Notes: generated by a model from the letters alone, not told the origin. Positions 1 through 13,478 are shown, counted from the stretch's first letter. The stretch: 64,000 nucleotides of DNA from Camelus ferus (GCF_009834535.1 NC_045696.1:82648001-82712000), one strand, 5' to 3'. Made by a program: numbers and translations.

Positions 1-1509
1 AGTATGACTAAACTTTTTGTAATTTATTTATGCAGATTTTGAGAGAGTTAAGAATTCAAGAGGTAGGATATTTTGGGGGTGGAGGAGAGTTAGTTAGAAG
101 GGCACTGAAAATTGGATCATAGTAAGCATTAAAAATGACCCAAAGGTTATATTCTTTGCTGCAAGTGCACCAGCTATAGTTCTAAATATGGATGATTTGT
201 GGAGTTCTGTAGAGATATAGGGTACTACTTATTTTGCCTATATTGATCTGGAACATTCCAAGAGGCCAACAACAGTCGCTGAACCCTTGTTCGGCAAGGC
301 CCAGAGTTTCTCTCCACTGCATAAGCCGTAACCTTACATGGTGAAAAAATGATCTCAGACAAAACCCCCCAAACATAATTAAATTTATTAGTACTATACT
401 TTTCTTTCTTTGTAGCCTTCATTATTACAACATATACAATTGAATTATGCATGTCTAACTCTAGTCATGTTCCTATTAATCTGTTATGAGCAAATTCTGT
501 AATTGTGCTTTTACCTTATAGAATGATATCCCTCATAGACCTTTGAGATTTAAGAAACATATAAAAAGATACAGAGGCAGAGACAGAAACAGCAGTGAGA
601 GACAGAGAGAGAAGAGACTAGACAATAGAGAACAAACCCTTCTGACCATATTGTCTAGCAGAGCAAGAGAACGTTAGGAAAGCTGTGACCTGAAAGCGTT
701 CGTAAACTGTTATCTCCCCCTGGGAGAAGCTGGAGTGGCCATTCCACCGTGCTATAACTCTGAGTGTTCATTAAAAATTCATTCAAGGCTAAATCATATC
801 ACTGAACAATGAGTATGGAGGCCCAGATCTATGTGTCAAAGACAGGAGGCCGTATCAGGGCCAGGTTCTTTATGGAGTGGGGTCTGTGTCAGGCAGACAA
901 GGAGAATGGGAGGTTTCCTTGGAGGCTTTTGTCAAGCTCTGGGCTTCTTCTGGGGGCTCGATTAGAATAATCAGCGGCCTTGGGAAATTCACACGGTTTT
1001 GGTGGGGCTGTGATCCATCATCATCCATCATACTTGTGCGCTGGGTGACGGAGGAGCCAAATACCAGGCCGGCGGGGTGGCCAGAGCCCTGCTCTGCATG
1101 GAGCTCTCTGGTCTGGGGCAGGGCTCCAGGAAGCCGGGCAGTGGGAGGGGAGGGGGTCCTGCAAGAGAACCAGCCCCTCAGATTGGCCTGCACTTGGAGG
1201 GCTTCCCCCGCCAGCAGCCCCCCAACCCCAGGCAGCAGTCTAGGAACGGGAAGTAAGCTGTACATCACTCTGGAAGATTTGTGGCTTGTTTGCTTTGGAT
1301 TTCCTCAGCTTAATTTGGGTTTTGCTGGGTTTGTTTGGAGTTTATTTCTAATTTATTTTGAGTTTGTGTTTGTTTGCAGGCTTAAACAATTTTGAAGAAA
1401 AAACTTTCTGGAGTTTTTGTTATTTGACTTTCTTTCTGTGTGCATTTGCATTGCTAGGAAGGATTGGGTTTTGTCATATCGAAGAAGGAAAACGACTGTG
1501 TTGTGGGGC

Positions 1510-1511
<2 letters not shown>

Positions 1512-1547
<36 letters not shown>
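1512..1547. repeat. (GT)18 microsatellite
   Basis: Direct reading. Confidence 0.98.
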
Positions 1548-1550
<3 letters not shown>

Positions 1551-3229
1551 GGGGAGAAAAACCAATAAAACCCTCACTATATATTTCTTGTATACTTAGC
1601 AACTTTTTTTTTTCAAGCTCTCTAACCCAGGAAGAAATCTGATTTTTGATTATTTTGAAAAAATGTTTCAAAACTCCAGAATTAGGAGAATTCTGTATGG
1701 TTCTATAGAAAAGCATTTATTACAATATGATCTCAGAGGCAGTTTGCTAGAGAGCCCTGCGGAAGATTCGGTTGCTCAGTAATAACTAATTTGGTCTCTC
1801 AGTTCCCAAGCAAAGTACTTCAGCAGCCAAGAATGTAAATTCTTACCCATTTTCCAATTTGGTTTTTCTCAGGAAACCAGGGAGAGAGTCAAATCTAGGT
1901 GAATGTACACCTTATTACTAATTATACAATATAATCAGAAATCTCAATTTCATGGTATGAGTTAAGAAAATGTACTTAAAATTTACCTTCTGTTTCAGAG
2001 GGTTAATAGAATTACTAACTCTCGAAAGCAAAACAAAAAAAGAAATAGCCCTTTTTTTTGGATCTCTGTCTTAATCACTCTGTCTTACGTAAATTAATAT
2101 AGAATCCTTGCTATCTTGTTTTTATTTTACTTTATATTATTTGATTCACTTTTGATGGCCCTCAAATGGTATACACATGCCCTCCCTTAAAAAGTTTACT
2201 GCCGTTTTCTTTTGGATGATGCAAAGAAGTCCATGAAACAAATGGGTGTCTCCTAGTTCATTCTTCCTCCTTTTATACTTATTGAAATGAAAATCCAAAG
2301 CAGAATACCTAGAAGTATATTGCAGCTTGACAGGATATGCTTTGTGTGCCTATGAAAAAATAAGAGTAGTGAAAAAGGAAGTAGAAAGATATATGTCTGT
2401 GCTCGTGATGCTCTTCTACTAGTGTCTGTTGTACCCATAGCAGTGAGGCTCCTGGGATGGTGGACCTAAATTAAAATAATCACAAATAATGTCAAACAAT
2501 AATAAATAAAACCCAACTCCCACCCTCACCCTGTTTTCCCTTTTCTTTTCTTTTTTTTTTTTTCACTAAGAAAATATACAAGTAAATAATATCAAACAGT
2601 TCAGCCACTTCTGGGGAAGGAGGCCCCTGGGCTGAGGGACATGTGGACTGAGGACCCCCTTCCCATATGCGTGGGGTTTTGGAGTTCTGGGTGCAGAGTG
2701 AGCAGTGAAGGGCACTGGATGGAGAATGTTGATTTGCAGGATTTCCTGTCTATTCACTTACTGGTTTTTCAAAATTATCTTACTAAATTAGATTTATTGA
2801 CTTTAAAGTATTTTTTTCTCAAAGGTCTCAAATGTGGGGGCAAAATTATATCCAAGCTGAACTTTGCCTAATACATTTCTATCAAAACCATTGAAATAAG
2901 GAGTTGTTTTGAAGCCTTTCCCAAGGAATTCCATCTCAAGCAACCTTGAGCAAGGAAGGGGTTATGTATCTGTCAAGCACCTTGTGAAGCCAAGTACCTG
3001 AGCTAGGATTACCAGGATACATGGAACAACTTAGAGTGTAGGAACGTAAGAGTAATCAACATTTAAAAGTAGAGCTACTAATTTGAAGGAATGAGGCTAC
3101 TTACAGTACCCACATTCCTTAAGAGTCTGCCAGACCTAATGAAGATATCTTTGAATGCCTTACCTAGCATTTTCTCTATTTGTACCTGCAAGAATGACAA
3201 TTTTTCTCCTGTCCCTGTGCTGATCTTGT

Positions 3230-4225
3230 GATCTTCATGGAATCTGCCATCAAGGGAGTAGCCCCGTGTTTCTACAGCACCTCATTCTCTGGGTACCCGG
3301 AATTCTCTTGTTGCCTCCTGACTGCCCAGGGCTCCTACTCCACTGTTTGGTATTCCAGCCTTTGTCTTCTCATCCCCTATGCATGTCCATCCCTCAGCGT
3401 GCAGACTCTACTTACTCATGATGTAGTATACTGGCTCACTGGGGTTGTTTTATCCCCCACTTCCCCACTTCCTCACCAAATTCTCCTAATTTTACTCCCA
3501 AATCTCTCTTTCTTACTCTTCATCCTCCACTATCACTGTCATTTTAAAAAACCCTTTGTGGTCCCTCCCATGGACTACTGAAATCCCTTCTGACTGGCTC
3601 ACCTGCCTTCTATGTCATCCTTCTTAAATGTCTCCTGTTCTTTGAGTCAGAGTGATCATCCTAAAACACAGCTCTGATCTTTTCATTCTCTTCCCTGAGA
3701 CTCTTCACCAGCACACTATTCATAACAGGAGAAAGGGCCAACACTAGATCATGGCACAGGGGTCTTCGACCGTTTGGCTCCTCATTGCTTCTGCCTTCAC
3801 ATCTCTATCTACCTTCTTTCCCACTATACATCAGGTGACACTGAGAAACCCTTAGTCTAATGCTCATACTAAGCTGGGTGTACTTTAAAATATGCTCCTT
3901 CTTCTTCCTGGAATGGTTTTTCTTCCCTTGTCTTTTCTCTGGGAAACTCCTTTGAAGCCATCTTCATTCTTTAACACTCTTCTTAGATGTCACCATCCCC
4001 AGGAAGCTTTTCCTAACCTTTCTCACCCTCAGAATGAGTTCCTTTCTCTTCTGTACCTCGTTTGTAGTTTGTTGATCATGGGTACTGTGTTTTATTTGCA
4101 CAGTTTCCTTTTCTACTGGACTGTGGTTCTTTGAGGCCAGGAATGAGGTCCGTCATTTGGGCTTCTAGAGTGCAAACTCAGTGTCTGTGTGGCCCATAGC
4201 CGATTTTTAAATGCATTTCAAATGA
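3230..4225 (+). mobile_element. Degenerate LINE-2 3' portion
   Basis: Pyrimidine-rich sequence with L2-like words (agagtgatcatcctaaaacacagctctgatc; agatgtcaccatccccaggaagctttt; gactgtggttctttgaggccagg). Boundaries approximate. Confidence 0.7.
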
Positions 4226-6389
4226 GCAAACTGTAACTGGTCAAGGGGAGTCTTGGAGACGGTTTTGTCTTAACCCAAAGGAATAGTGCTTAGTTGGGGG
4301 GAATTTCAGATATGAGAGCAGGTTGGGTCAGGAAAGTATTTTTTGGGGTGGGAGACCCAGCTTCAGACAGGCCTTGGTCTACCACCTCCACGGGAGCTAA
4401 GGGGAGGGAGTGCGTGGGCATCACGTGTTGTCTGGGGTATGGCAGAGTGGAGACATCAGTGCTGATGGTACCCAGATCCCCACACTTAACAGCAGACCCC
4501 ATAGGTTATTAAAGCTGAGAGCCTATCTGGGAAGATTAGCTGGAGGAAGTGCTTTAGCCACGGAGCAAACAGGCAGTCGCTTGATTAGTGCCTCAGACAT
4601 GGTATGGCACTGTGGTGTTGGGTTTCCCTCCGAACCATTACCAGGATATTTGAGATCTGGAGCTTCGGTTCTAACCTGACCTTGCATTTGATTTCTGAAT
4701 CTGTACGTCAGAAATGGGCCTTGCTTGCTTCTCTCAAACTGCATTTCCCAGCAGTGAGTTTTATAGCCTTGGTTTTTGGATGTTTGCAAGGGAGGTTGAG
4801 AATTCACCCATATGGTGTTTGTTTGGATGGGGTATCCTAAATAGCTCCTTGTACTGGGATAACACGGTAGCAAATATATCTTTAGAGTAATGTGTTTTAA
4901 ATCAAAAGGGCTCCATATTTTCCCCTGTGTTCAAATGTGACATTCTTGATCACTCCAGACCCACCTGTCTGAGAACACAGGAATCAAAAACAGGAGTCAC
5001 TCTCAAATTTCACCTCTATTTAATCCATCACAGGAATATACTGGCTTTTCACTGTATATATATAAAAAACCGCACTACGACATTTAAACAAAGTGACACA
5101 GATCATCAGCAGATCAACCGGGAATGACGGCTCAATCAAACAAATGTATGTTGAGAATTTCCACAGGGCGGCTCTTGCAGCAGCCAAGCCAAATTTGTTT
5201 AGTATACATGAGTTAGCTGCTTAGGAACATTCGCTATGCTGCACGCCAGATGATGACTTCTTTACGTAAACACTCATTTAGCAGCATATACCCATCCGTG
5301 AAAGTGTTGGCGTGATTTTGATCTATTCTCTTGGACTCCTGAAATTATGACTTCATTCCACTGGCCGCCAAGTACCAAACCCACACATGCACCATTTAGG
5401 ATAAAAAAAAATAAAGGAGATGGGCAAGCTATACACTTATTTCAAAATGTAATATAACCATCCAGAAGGTAGGAGAAACTCCATAAAATTGACAGGCCAT
5501 TTCACTTTTCTGACAAGCAATAAAGCAAGCATCATTAAAATGGATGTCAAATTACAGGGTAGGGAAGCAGCAGGGAAAATACTTACCTTGTTCTTGGTAT
5601 TTGAAATAGAATGTGGCATATTTATCCTACCTCTGTCTAAACTTGGAGGCATTCCTTTTTGAGGTAGAGGGTTGGGGGGCTCATTTATTAAATTAGAATT
5701 TCAGAATCAGATCCCATAAGTAAGAACACTTGGGTTCTTCAGAAAAGGGCATTTAAAAATTTGTCTTATTAATTCTTATATTTGAACACTGTACTTATAT
5801 TTTTTAAAGTATCACTTCAAGAATAGAAGACTTTATTGAGCAGTCCTTAAGCCCAGAACAAAAGAACCAAGTGTTTATTAAAAAAACACAGAAACAAACC
5901 CCAAAATTGTCTGGTAGAATTTTCAAACTCCCTGCTTACTCTCCCTGGCTATTGTGAAATCCAGCTTGTGTTGTGCAAGGTCAGCTCAATGCTCTCGTTT
6001 ATTAACCAAAAGCTTCTCTTTCTGATTCTTTTCAGCAAGGGAATTCTCAATTTAGGGGGGTATTTTTGAACAGAAAGCTTGAGAATTCCGTTTAGGGACC
6101 GAGGGGTAATTGTCTGAAATTTGTTGGAAGAGATCATTGTTTCCAAACTTTAACCTCCTCAGAAGAGCACTTGGCAACTATCACTTGCTTGAGCAACTAT
6201 TCTAAATAATCAATAGTTTAGAAATCCTCTGAAAAATACCTCTTTTCCAGAGGTGGCAGTGACTTCTGTGGATAACAGCTTTCTTTAAAATCTGCTTAAG
6301 ATTCAGAGCTGAGTGAGCTACAAAGCACAGGTTTTAAAAATGAAACTTATCATAATTAGCATTTTCTAAAGTTGGTTCGATTTGAGAGT

Positions 6390-6660
6390 GAACATCTACT
6401 ATCTTCACAGCACTGGAGGGAGGATCTAAAGATAATTGAGACAGCACTTGCCCTCAAGTAGCTGAAAATCAAAATGGGGAAATAGACATGAAAACAACTA
6501 GCTATAACAGCAGCCGGGTACATAACAGAGGAATGTATTCTGATGTACATTTTATATTCTCTGGGATCCAAAAAGGAAGGAGCTCACTCTGGTTGGGGAG
6601 GTGGAGGACGTGTAGATTGGGAACCCTGAGCAGATGAGGTGACATCTAAATTGGATCGGC
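6390..6660 (-). mobile_element. LINE-2 fragment
   Basis: gacagcacttgccctcaagtagctgaaaatcaaaatggggaaatagacatg resembles the reverse-strand L2 3' end. Confidence 0.55.
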
Positions 6661-6679
6661 AAGAGTCTCAGTGCATAAA

Positions 6680-6910
6680 TCTTAAGTGCTGCCTCCTCTG
6701 TGAGGCCTTCCCTATCTAAAGTAGTCACTGATCCCCATGTTGCTGTTTCATTTTCTCCACAGCCCCTAAGACTCTCTCAGATTCTCCGTCTATGTATTGG
6801 TCCCTTTCTTCCGCTCTCCACCAGGTTATAAGGTTCTCGAGATCAGGGGCATTGCTGGTTTTGCTCACTGCTCCATCCCTAGCTCTCAGAACAAGGGTAG
6901 GCCCTCACTA
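6680..6910 (+). mobile_element. LINE-2 (L2a-like) 3' end
   Basis: cctcctctgtgaggccttccct...gttttgctcactgctccatccctagctctcagaaca is typical of the L2a terminus. Confidence 0.7.
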
Positions 6911-8427
6911 GGGAGCAGCATGATGGAGAGTGAGGGAAGGGCATTTGAGATCAGAAGGTTGTCAAGGAAAACAACACAGAGTAACCAAATTCTACAGGAT
7001 GTTCACAGACATGAAATAAATCATTGTGGCTAGATTAAAGGATGTAAAGGCATAAGCTGGGCAAATTGGTTATGACCAATCATGAAAGAACTTTCCGAGC
7101 GCTCCCTGACCAATCTTCAAAAAGAAAACAGATGCGCTCTGACTCCCCGAGGTCGTTCTAAAATGAATGTCAGTCTTGACCCAGGATATAACTTTCTTGG
7201 CAGAATGATATACCTTCAGCAGCATATACTCATCCATGAAAACAACTGTATTATATGTTCTTCAATCCCTTTATCCAAGTTTTAAAATAGGATAGAGGGA
7301 ATTTTTACTTTTTTAAATTGTTAATGTGTCCCCAAATGTGGATAAATTGGAGGCCATCATTAAATCCATAGAGAAAACACTGATGTTAATGTACAAAGAG
7401 CTTTAGTGACTTGAGTTTGGGACAGAATAATCTCAGGGCAAGTGGGGATTTGTTGTAAACAAAAGATTTTGTTTAAATGTAAATAAAAGATAAGAACAAT
7501 AACCTTCCTGTTCCCACAAGTACATTTTGCATAGTCCCAAGAATACTGTTCATCAAAGCAGCTCCCAGGTAGTGGGATGAACCAGAAGCTTTCAAAGTGT
7601 TGATTGATCACTCTTTGCTAGCAGTTCACTAGGATTACACAGCCACTCCAAAATCAACAGCCTGGAAGAAAACGATACGAGGCTTGGAACAAAGGCTGGA
7701 ATGTTAGGTTAGCAACTGCCTTACACTGCAGTAAATTGTCAATTAATATTCATAAATGTCTAGAGGCTTGATCTGGTCAGAGTACAGAATGAATCGCATA
7801 TATGACAAATCAATTTCCTACCCTCAAAGGAACCCTGGCTACTTCTTACTTTTGCATAATAGAACTTTGAGAGAACTCTGGGTGGGTTTGCCTGTATTCT
7901 GACCTACTGAGCACCTTAAAAGTCTTGGGAATGTTATCAGGGTAGTGTGATGTATGTACAGCCCCAGGAGTACCTGTCTCCATCTTCATCCATCAGCTGA
8001 GACTTAGGAGGTGTTTTTGGAGGTTCACCAATTACTCTGTAGTAATGGAAGAACAGCAAGAAAGTTCTTCATGTTGTTTTATCATATTCTTTAATCTTTC
8101 AAGGCACGTGTTCTTTTTGAAGTGTTGAAACGAGATGTTTGTGGGAAGAACTGAATTATCCTACCCAAGAGATAGGGAAAGAGATAAACTAATCTCATGG
8201 CTTTTTCTTCTCTACATTTTGGGCTAAAATCATGGAAAAAGTTTATCATTTCCCATTATCAAATACATTGCTCATTGTTCTTTGGCCAGTAATGCCTCTT
8301 TCAAATAAAAACCTTCCTCTAACCTTACTCAGGCCAGGTTGTTTCCAGCATCATCACAGAGAGTCCTGGCAGGGGAGTGTTCTGGAAGGAACTCATCTTT
8401 TTGTACTGTGTCAGTGACCACATTGAT

Positions 8428-9082
8428 TTTTTAAAAAAGTATAGTCAGTTTCTGGTATACAGCATAATGTCCCAGTCATGCATTTATATGTATGTGTATA
8501 TATATATTCATTTTCATATTCTTTTTCATTAAATGTTGTTACAAGATAATGAATATAGTTTCCTTGTGCTATACAGAAGAAATTTGTTTTTTATCTATTT
8601 TTATCTATAGTGGTTAACATTTGCAAATCTCAAACTACCAAATTTATCTCTTCCCACCCTCTTGCCCCAGTAACCATAAGGTTGTTTATTATGTTTGTGA
8701 GTCTGTTTCTTTTGTAGATGAGTTCATTAGTGTCCTCTTCTTTCTTTTCTTCTTTTTTTTTTTTTTTAGATTTCCACATATGAGTGATATTGTATGGTAT
8801 TTTTCTTTCTCTTTCTGGCTTACTTCACTTTGAATGACGATCTCCAGGTCCATCTGTGTTGCTGCAAATGGAATTATTTTATTCCTTTTTTATCACTGAG
8901 TAGTATTCCATTGTATAACTATACCACAACTTCCTTATCCAGTCATCTGTCGATGGACATTTAGGCTGCTTCCATGTCTTGGCTATTGTAAATAGTGCTG
9001 CTATGAACATTGGGGTGCATGTATCTTTTCAAATTAGAGTTCCCTCCAGATATATGCCTAAGAGTGGGATTGCTGGAATGAA
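8428..9082 (-). mobile_element. 5'-truncated, relatively young LINE-1 (ORF2 end + 3' UTR), camelid-like
   Basis: Classic L1 reverse-strand text (ccagtcatctgtcgatggacatttaggctgcttccatgtcttggctattgtaaatagtgctgctatgaacattggggtgcatg). Flanked by direct repeat CACATTGAT at 8419-8427 and 9083-9091 (TSD). Confidence 0.93.
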
Positions 9083-9317
9083 CACATTGATCTTTCTTTA
9101 CATTTGGTTTCACCAGTGTTTATTCAGAGATTTATTGATGGGGAAGTGGTACAGAATGAATTGTTCATGAACCATTTCATTACTTTTTGTTATCTGAATG
9201 CAGGTAGATGGACTTCTGGCATTCATAGCTTCCTCTAAAATTTACAGAAGATGCTCAAATGCATTATTTCTTCTGATTCTTATCAGATCAAGTTTGTGTC
9301 ACAAGTGTTTTAAAAAC

Positions 9318-9633
9318 CAGTGTTGTCTAATAGAAATATAAATGAGAGCCTTATATTAATTAAAAATTTTCTGATAGCCACATTAAGACAGGTAAAAAGA
9401 AACAGGGAGAATTAATTTTACTAAAATATCTTATCTAACCCATGCTATCCCAAATTGTATTATTTCAGTATGTAATCAATAAACAAAAATTATCAACTAG
9501 ATGTTTTATAATTTTTGTACCAAGTTTTCAAAGTCCAGTGTATATTTTTAAGCTTACAGCACATCTTAATTTGGAATAGTCACATTTCAAATGCTCAATT
9601 GTCACATGTGTCTAGTGGCTAACATATTGGGCA
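9318..9633. mobile_element. MER33 (hAT-Charlie non-autonomous DNA transposon)
   Basis: Colinear with remembered MER33 consensus: cagtgttgtctaatagaaatata...cacatttcaaatgctcaattgtcacatgtgtctagtggctaacatattgg. Confidence 0.88.
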
Positions 9634-9639
9634 AATATC

Positions 9640-9715
9640 AGATATGGATGAAGAAATTGAGGTTCAGACAGATTGACTTTCCCAGGGTCACATAAGTAGT
9701 TATGTGAACTAGAAC
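9640..9715 (-). mobile_element. MIR core fragment
   Basis: gatgaagaaattgaggttcaga...gactttcccagggtcaca. Confidence 0.7.
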
Positions 9716-9989
9716 ACCATATGGTCTTCTGGTTTAAAAGGGAATTGGCTTGGGGTTTACAGTTTATCTGAATTTACTTGTGATCTTGTGGGTTGAGGCA
9801 CTAGACTAGGAAGCTGGAGATGTTATGAAGAATGATTCCCATCATATAAATAAGGCTTCTTTTTTGCTAGTTCTAGAAATGCCATAGAGTTCGTATTTTT
9901 CAAAATAAGCTCCAAATGAAATTTGGATGCAAAGCCTGATTTGAGGTAGCTGTTGTAGTCTCTGAACTCTTTGAAGGCTCGTTTCTGTA

Positions 9990-10125
9990 TTTATCCATTC
10001 CTATATTTATTCACTTAAGTATTTATTGAACATTTACTATGTGCCAGACACTATGCTTGGTGCTGCAGGATACATCAGTGAGCAAAGCAGATATAGTCCC
10101 TACCCTGGGGAAACCTACATTCTAT
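9990..10125 (-). mobile_element. LINE-2 3' end
   Basis: tatttattgaacatttactatgtgccagacactatgcttggtgctgcaggatacatcagtgagcaaagcaga. Confidence 0.85.
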
Positions 10126-10411
10126 AACCTACAAAGTACAGCTGGTTCATAGCAGACACTGCAATAAAAGCTGGTAGAATCAATTACTTGGCAATATTTG
10201 ATATTGGTTTACCAATGTTCCTTCTTGGAGGACTCAGTAAAAATCTTGAGGAAAGGATAGAAATATGGTTTACCCATACAGAATCTTTTTGTTTGTCTAT
10301 TTTCATTCTTTTAATAACAAATCTATTTGAAGAGGCTGCAATGTAAAGAAGACATGGGACAAATTTGAACTGATTCCATTAAAATTCATCTATTAGCACC
10401 TTAAGCATTTG

Positions 10412-10413
<2 letters not shown>

Positions 10414-10449
<36 letters not shown>

Positions 10450-10463
10450 ATGTGTGTGTGTGT
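10414..10463. repeat. Interrupted (GT)n microsatellite
   Basis: Direct reading. Confidence 0.97.
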
Positions 10464-13179
10464 ATAAGCATGTGTAGATTCAGCATACACTTTCTCTTCC
10501 TTCAGTGGGTCATTTTTACTGTATCCTTCAACAGACTGAGGGCACAATTTGTGTGATGCCTTTTGCACATTTATCTGAGACTTTCTCAGTTTAGAGAAGG
10601 AAAAAAAGGTACTACCACTAATTCAAGTACAATTGGTTTGTTTTGTCTGACATTTTTGAGTCATCAAATACAGACCAAATTATTATTATGACCTAGAACA
10701 TTTTACTGAGGGGATTCCCACAGTAAATTAGGCCCATGCTCCCTGCCCTCATCACCTTATAGTCCAGAAGAATCCTGGTGGAGGTGTGCTTTAATAACCT
10801 TTCCTACTTCGGCTCACCAGAATTTGGGGTGTGCCAGTTGCTTGGTCCTCTTATGACTTGCCACATATTTACACAAAGTTATTGTTTGTTCCTTTTTTAT
10901 ATGTGTTCTGACTTGATGTAAATAATGCTGGGTTTGGGAAGAATTTATAATGCAGTTCTTTTCTACCTGGAAGAAAGAGTCTGCTCAGCTTTTTTTTTTT
11001 TTTTTTTTTAGCCAAGTATTTTCATTTGACCCTTTTAAGCTGGCTAAACTTTGAAGAAAAATGCAGATATACTCTACTGTTTGAAATGGTGTGGAGATTT
11101 AGGAGTGTTAATTTAAAAATTCATAAATCCTTTGCACTATGCAAATTAATGACCTGTACCTTTTTTTCCAGGTGACTTATTTTGACTTAACTATGTCCAA
11201 ATAAATGTGTTTATTTAGGAGAGCTCAGTGCTACCCAAAGCTGACATATTAAGCATCTTCTATGGCTCATAATATGTACGAGAGATGTGGACCACCCTCT
11301 GTTTTCTCATTATGCCAAATAATGGAAAGTGGAAATCACTCTAATCCTTTCTTCTGTGTCTGCTGTACCTCTGTAAATATGATAAACTCAATCCAATTAA
11401 AAGTCATTACCTTTCCAAGGCTCAGCCGCAGTCTATAACCTTTTGTTTCACAATCCTCTTGATTATCTGACTTCATCACAGATAGAATTTTTAGCCATCT
11501 TCCACTTCAGTTTTCTCTTAAAAAACAGGAAAATCGCTTTTAGTGTTGATTATTGTAGTTCTTGTTTTCTGTACCATTCACTTGACTCTATTCAGTGCAG
11601 CTTTATAGTATAAAAGTTCATTCATCCTGGGCATTTGTCTTATCTCCCTGACTAGTTTGTAAATCCTTTGAAATCAGCGATTTCACTTTAGTCTTTTTTG
11701 TGACCTCCCCATGGTGCTTTGCACATAGACATCTTGTTGACTAAATGATTAACGGTTTGTGGCATATATTGGATCATAGTTGCTAAGATTTAATAGTGGT
11801 GATGAGTATTAAAAAGTTGAGTGAGGTAGATATAGTAAGACAGCAACAAGAGCAACAAAAACGACAAAAATGAAAACAACACAAGGCTTGTTAACTTATT
11901 GTGTAATTATTTTATATGCTTCTCTCCTGCCCCCAGTGGACTTTCTTAACATCGTATACTTTTGATAGAATTATAACATTTCCAATTTTTCCTCTCAGGC
12001 AGTCATAGTTTATGTAGGTTTACATGGATTGATCCACAATATATCTGAATCAGCAAGCATCTTAGATGTTTAGAAGAGTAAACTGATACCTTCCTGGTTT
12101 CTTTAGCTCTAAGATTCTGCAATGCTATGAAAAGTGGATATTTCAATCACTTATTTCACCAATTAAGCATTATGATGCTAAAAGATTTTATTTAACTTAA
12201 CTGTATTTAATAACTCAACTACTGACAGTTATATTTAATACCTATAATGTATTAAAATCAGTTTTTTAAAGAAGATTTATTGAAATCAATCCATTAAATG
12301 TTCAGCAAAAGCATAAAACAGAATCAGTGAGATTTTGCTAATTCTGGAGAATAATACCCGGATCTAAGGAGGAGTCGTTTTATATAATGTTGATATAAAT
12401 AGGCAGCACATTATTTGATGTATGTACTAAAAAACATGAAGTTACAAATGTTGGCGTTCCTTTTTTTATGAAGCACTTTGATAAATAGATTCTTTTTTGA
12501 GATTTTTTTCTTTTACCACATAAATATAGCTCCCAAAATTTAGTTTGCTACTTTTGCTTTTGGTTAAGTTTCTTTGATTATCATAGGTATATGTGGGTAT
12601 TATTTGGGAAAGGACTGTTATCTGTTGAGTAGTGTGGGACACCAGAAAATGGTGGCACCACCATTTTCTCTGACAACTCTTGCTTTAGATTGGAGGCTCC
12701 AGAGTGATCTGGCCAGTCTCTACTCTGAATACAGCACTGTTCTGAGGTCAACCAGAACTATCTCTGGTCTGTTTGGCACAAATTTCAATTCAAACTGGAT
12801 GATAAATGTTGTGGTTTGGGCCATTTATAGGCTGGTGGGAGTTTCATTGGCATCACAGCAGTCCCACCTGGTTCACAGTAGAGCTTTTATTCAGTGAAGC
12901 AGACCAAGCAGAAATACATTTTTACTAGTTACATGACAGGGAAACCATCCACTTCTCCATGGTTTTCTCTTGGCTTATTTTGTAATGGAAATGTGGGCAA
13001 TGCTGTTTTAGAACCTGTTGGTTTCATCATTTTATGAGTTATTTAGAAGCGGTGAGAGTAAATCATCCCTATTTTGATCCTTATGTTACTGTGAAGAACC
13101 TGGTGATACTCAGAAATAAATGTGAATGACAACTGCATTTCCACCAAGAACTGAAATAAGAGTTTTATCCTTTTTTCCC

Positions 13180-13478
13180 ATTTTTAAATTGAGGTATACA
13201 TGACATATAACAGTAAGTTAATTTCAGGTATACTAATTTGATATTTGTATATTTTCAGAATGGTCACCACAGTAAGTCTAGCTAATATTGTCATCATACA
13301 TAATTATAATCTTTTTTGTAATGAGAACTTTTATGATTTACTCTCCTAGTAACTTTCAAATATGCAATAGAGTATTCTTTACTATAGTCACCATACTGTA
13401 CATTATATTGCCATGACTTAACTTATTTTATAACTGAAAGTCTGTGCCTTTTGACTCCCTTCACCCATTTCACCTACT
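13180..13478 (-). mobile_element. LINE-1 3' UTR fragment (L1MA9-like)
   Basis: ttttaaattgaggtata...tgagaacttttatgatttactctcctagtaactttcaaatatgcaata...ctatagtcaccatactgtacatta. Confidence 0.85.

Noticed and set aside
877..1395. 172-aa ORF and antisense 132-aa ORF
   Set aside because: Non-ATG starts, no recognisable homology, explained by GC-rich then T-rich low-complexity sequence.
1353..1716. ORFs with CV/HT repeats (also 60548-60923)
   Set aside because: Translations of (GT)n/(CA)n microsatellites.
4250..4860. Possible old LTR (also about 34000-34650)
   Set aside because: GC-richer and LTR-like in feel, but no termini, TSD or family words I can identify.
8979..9170. ORF MAIVNSAAMNIGVHVSF
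   Set aside because: Antisense reading of L1 sequence, a common spurious peptide.
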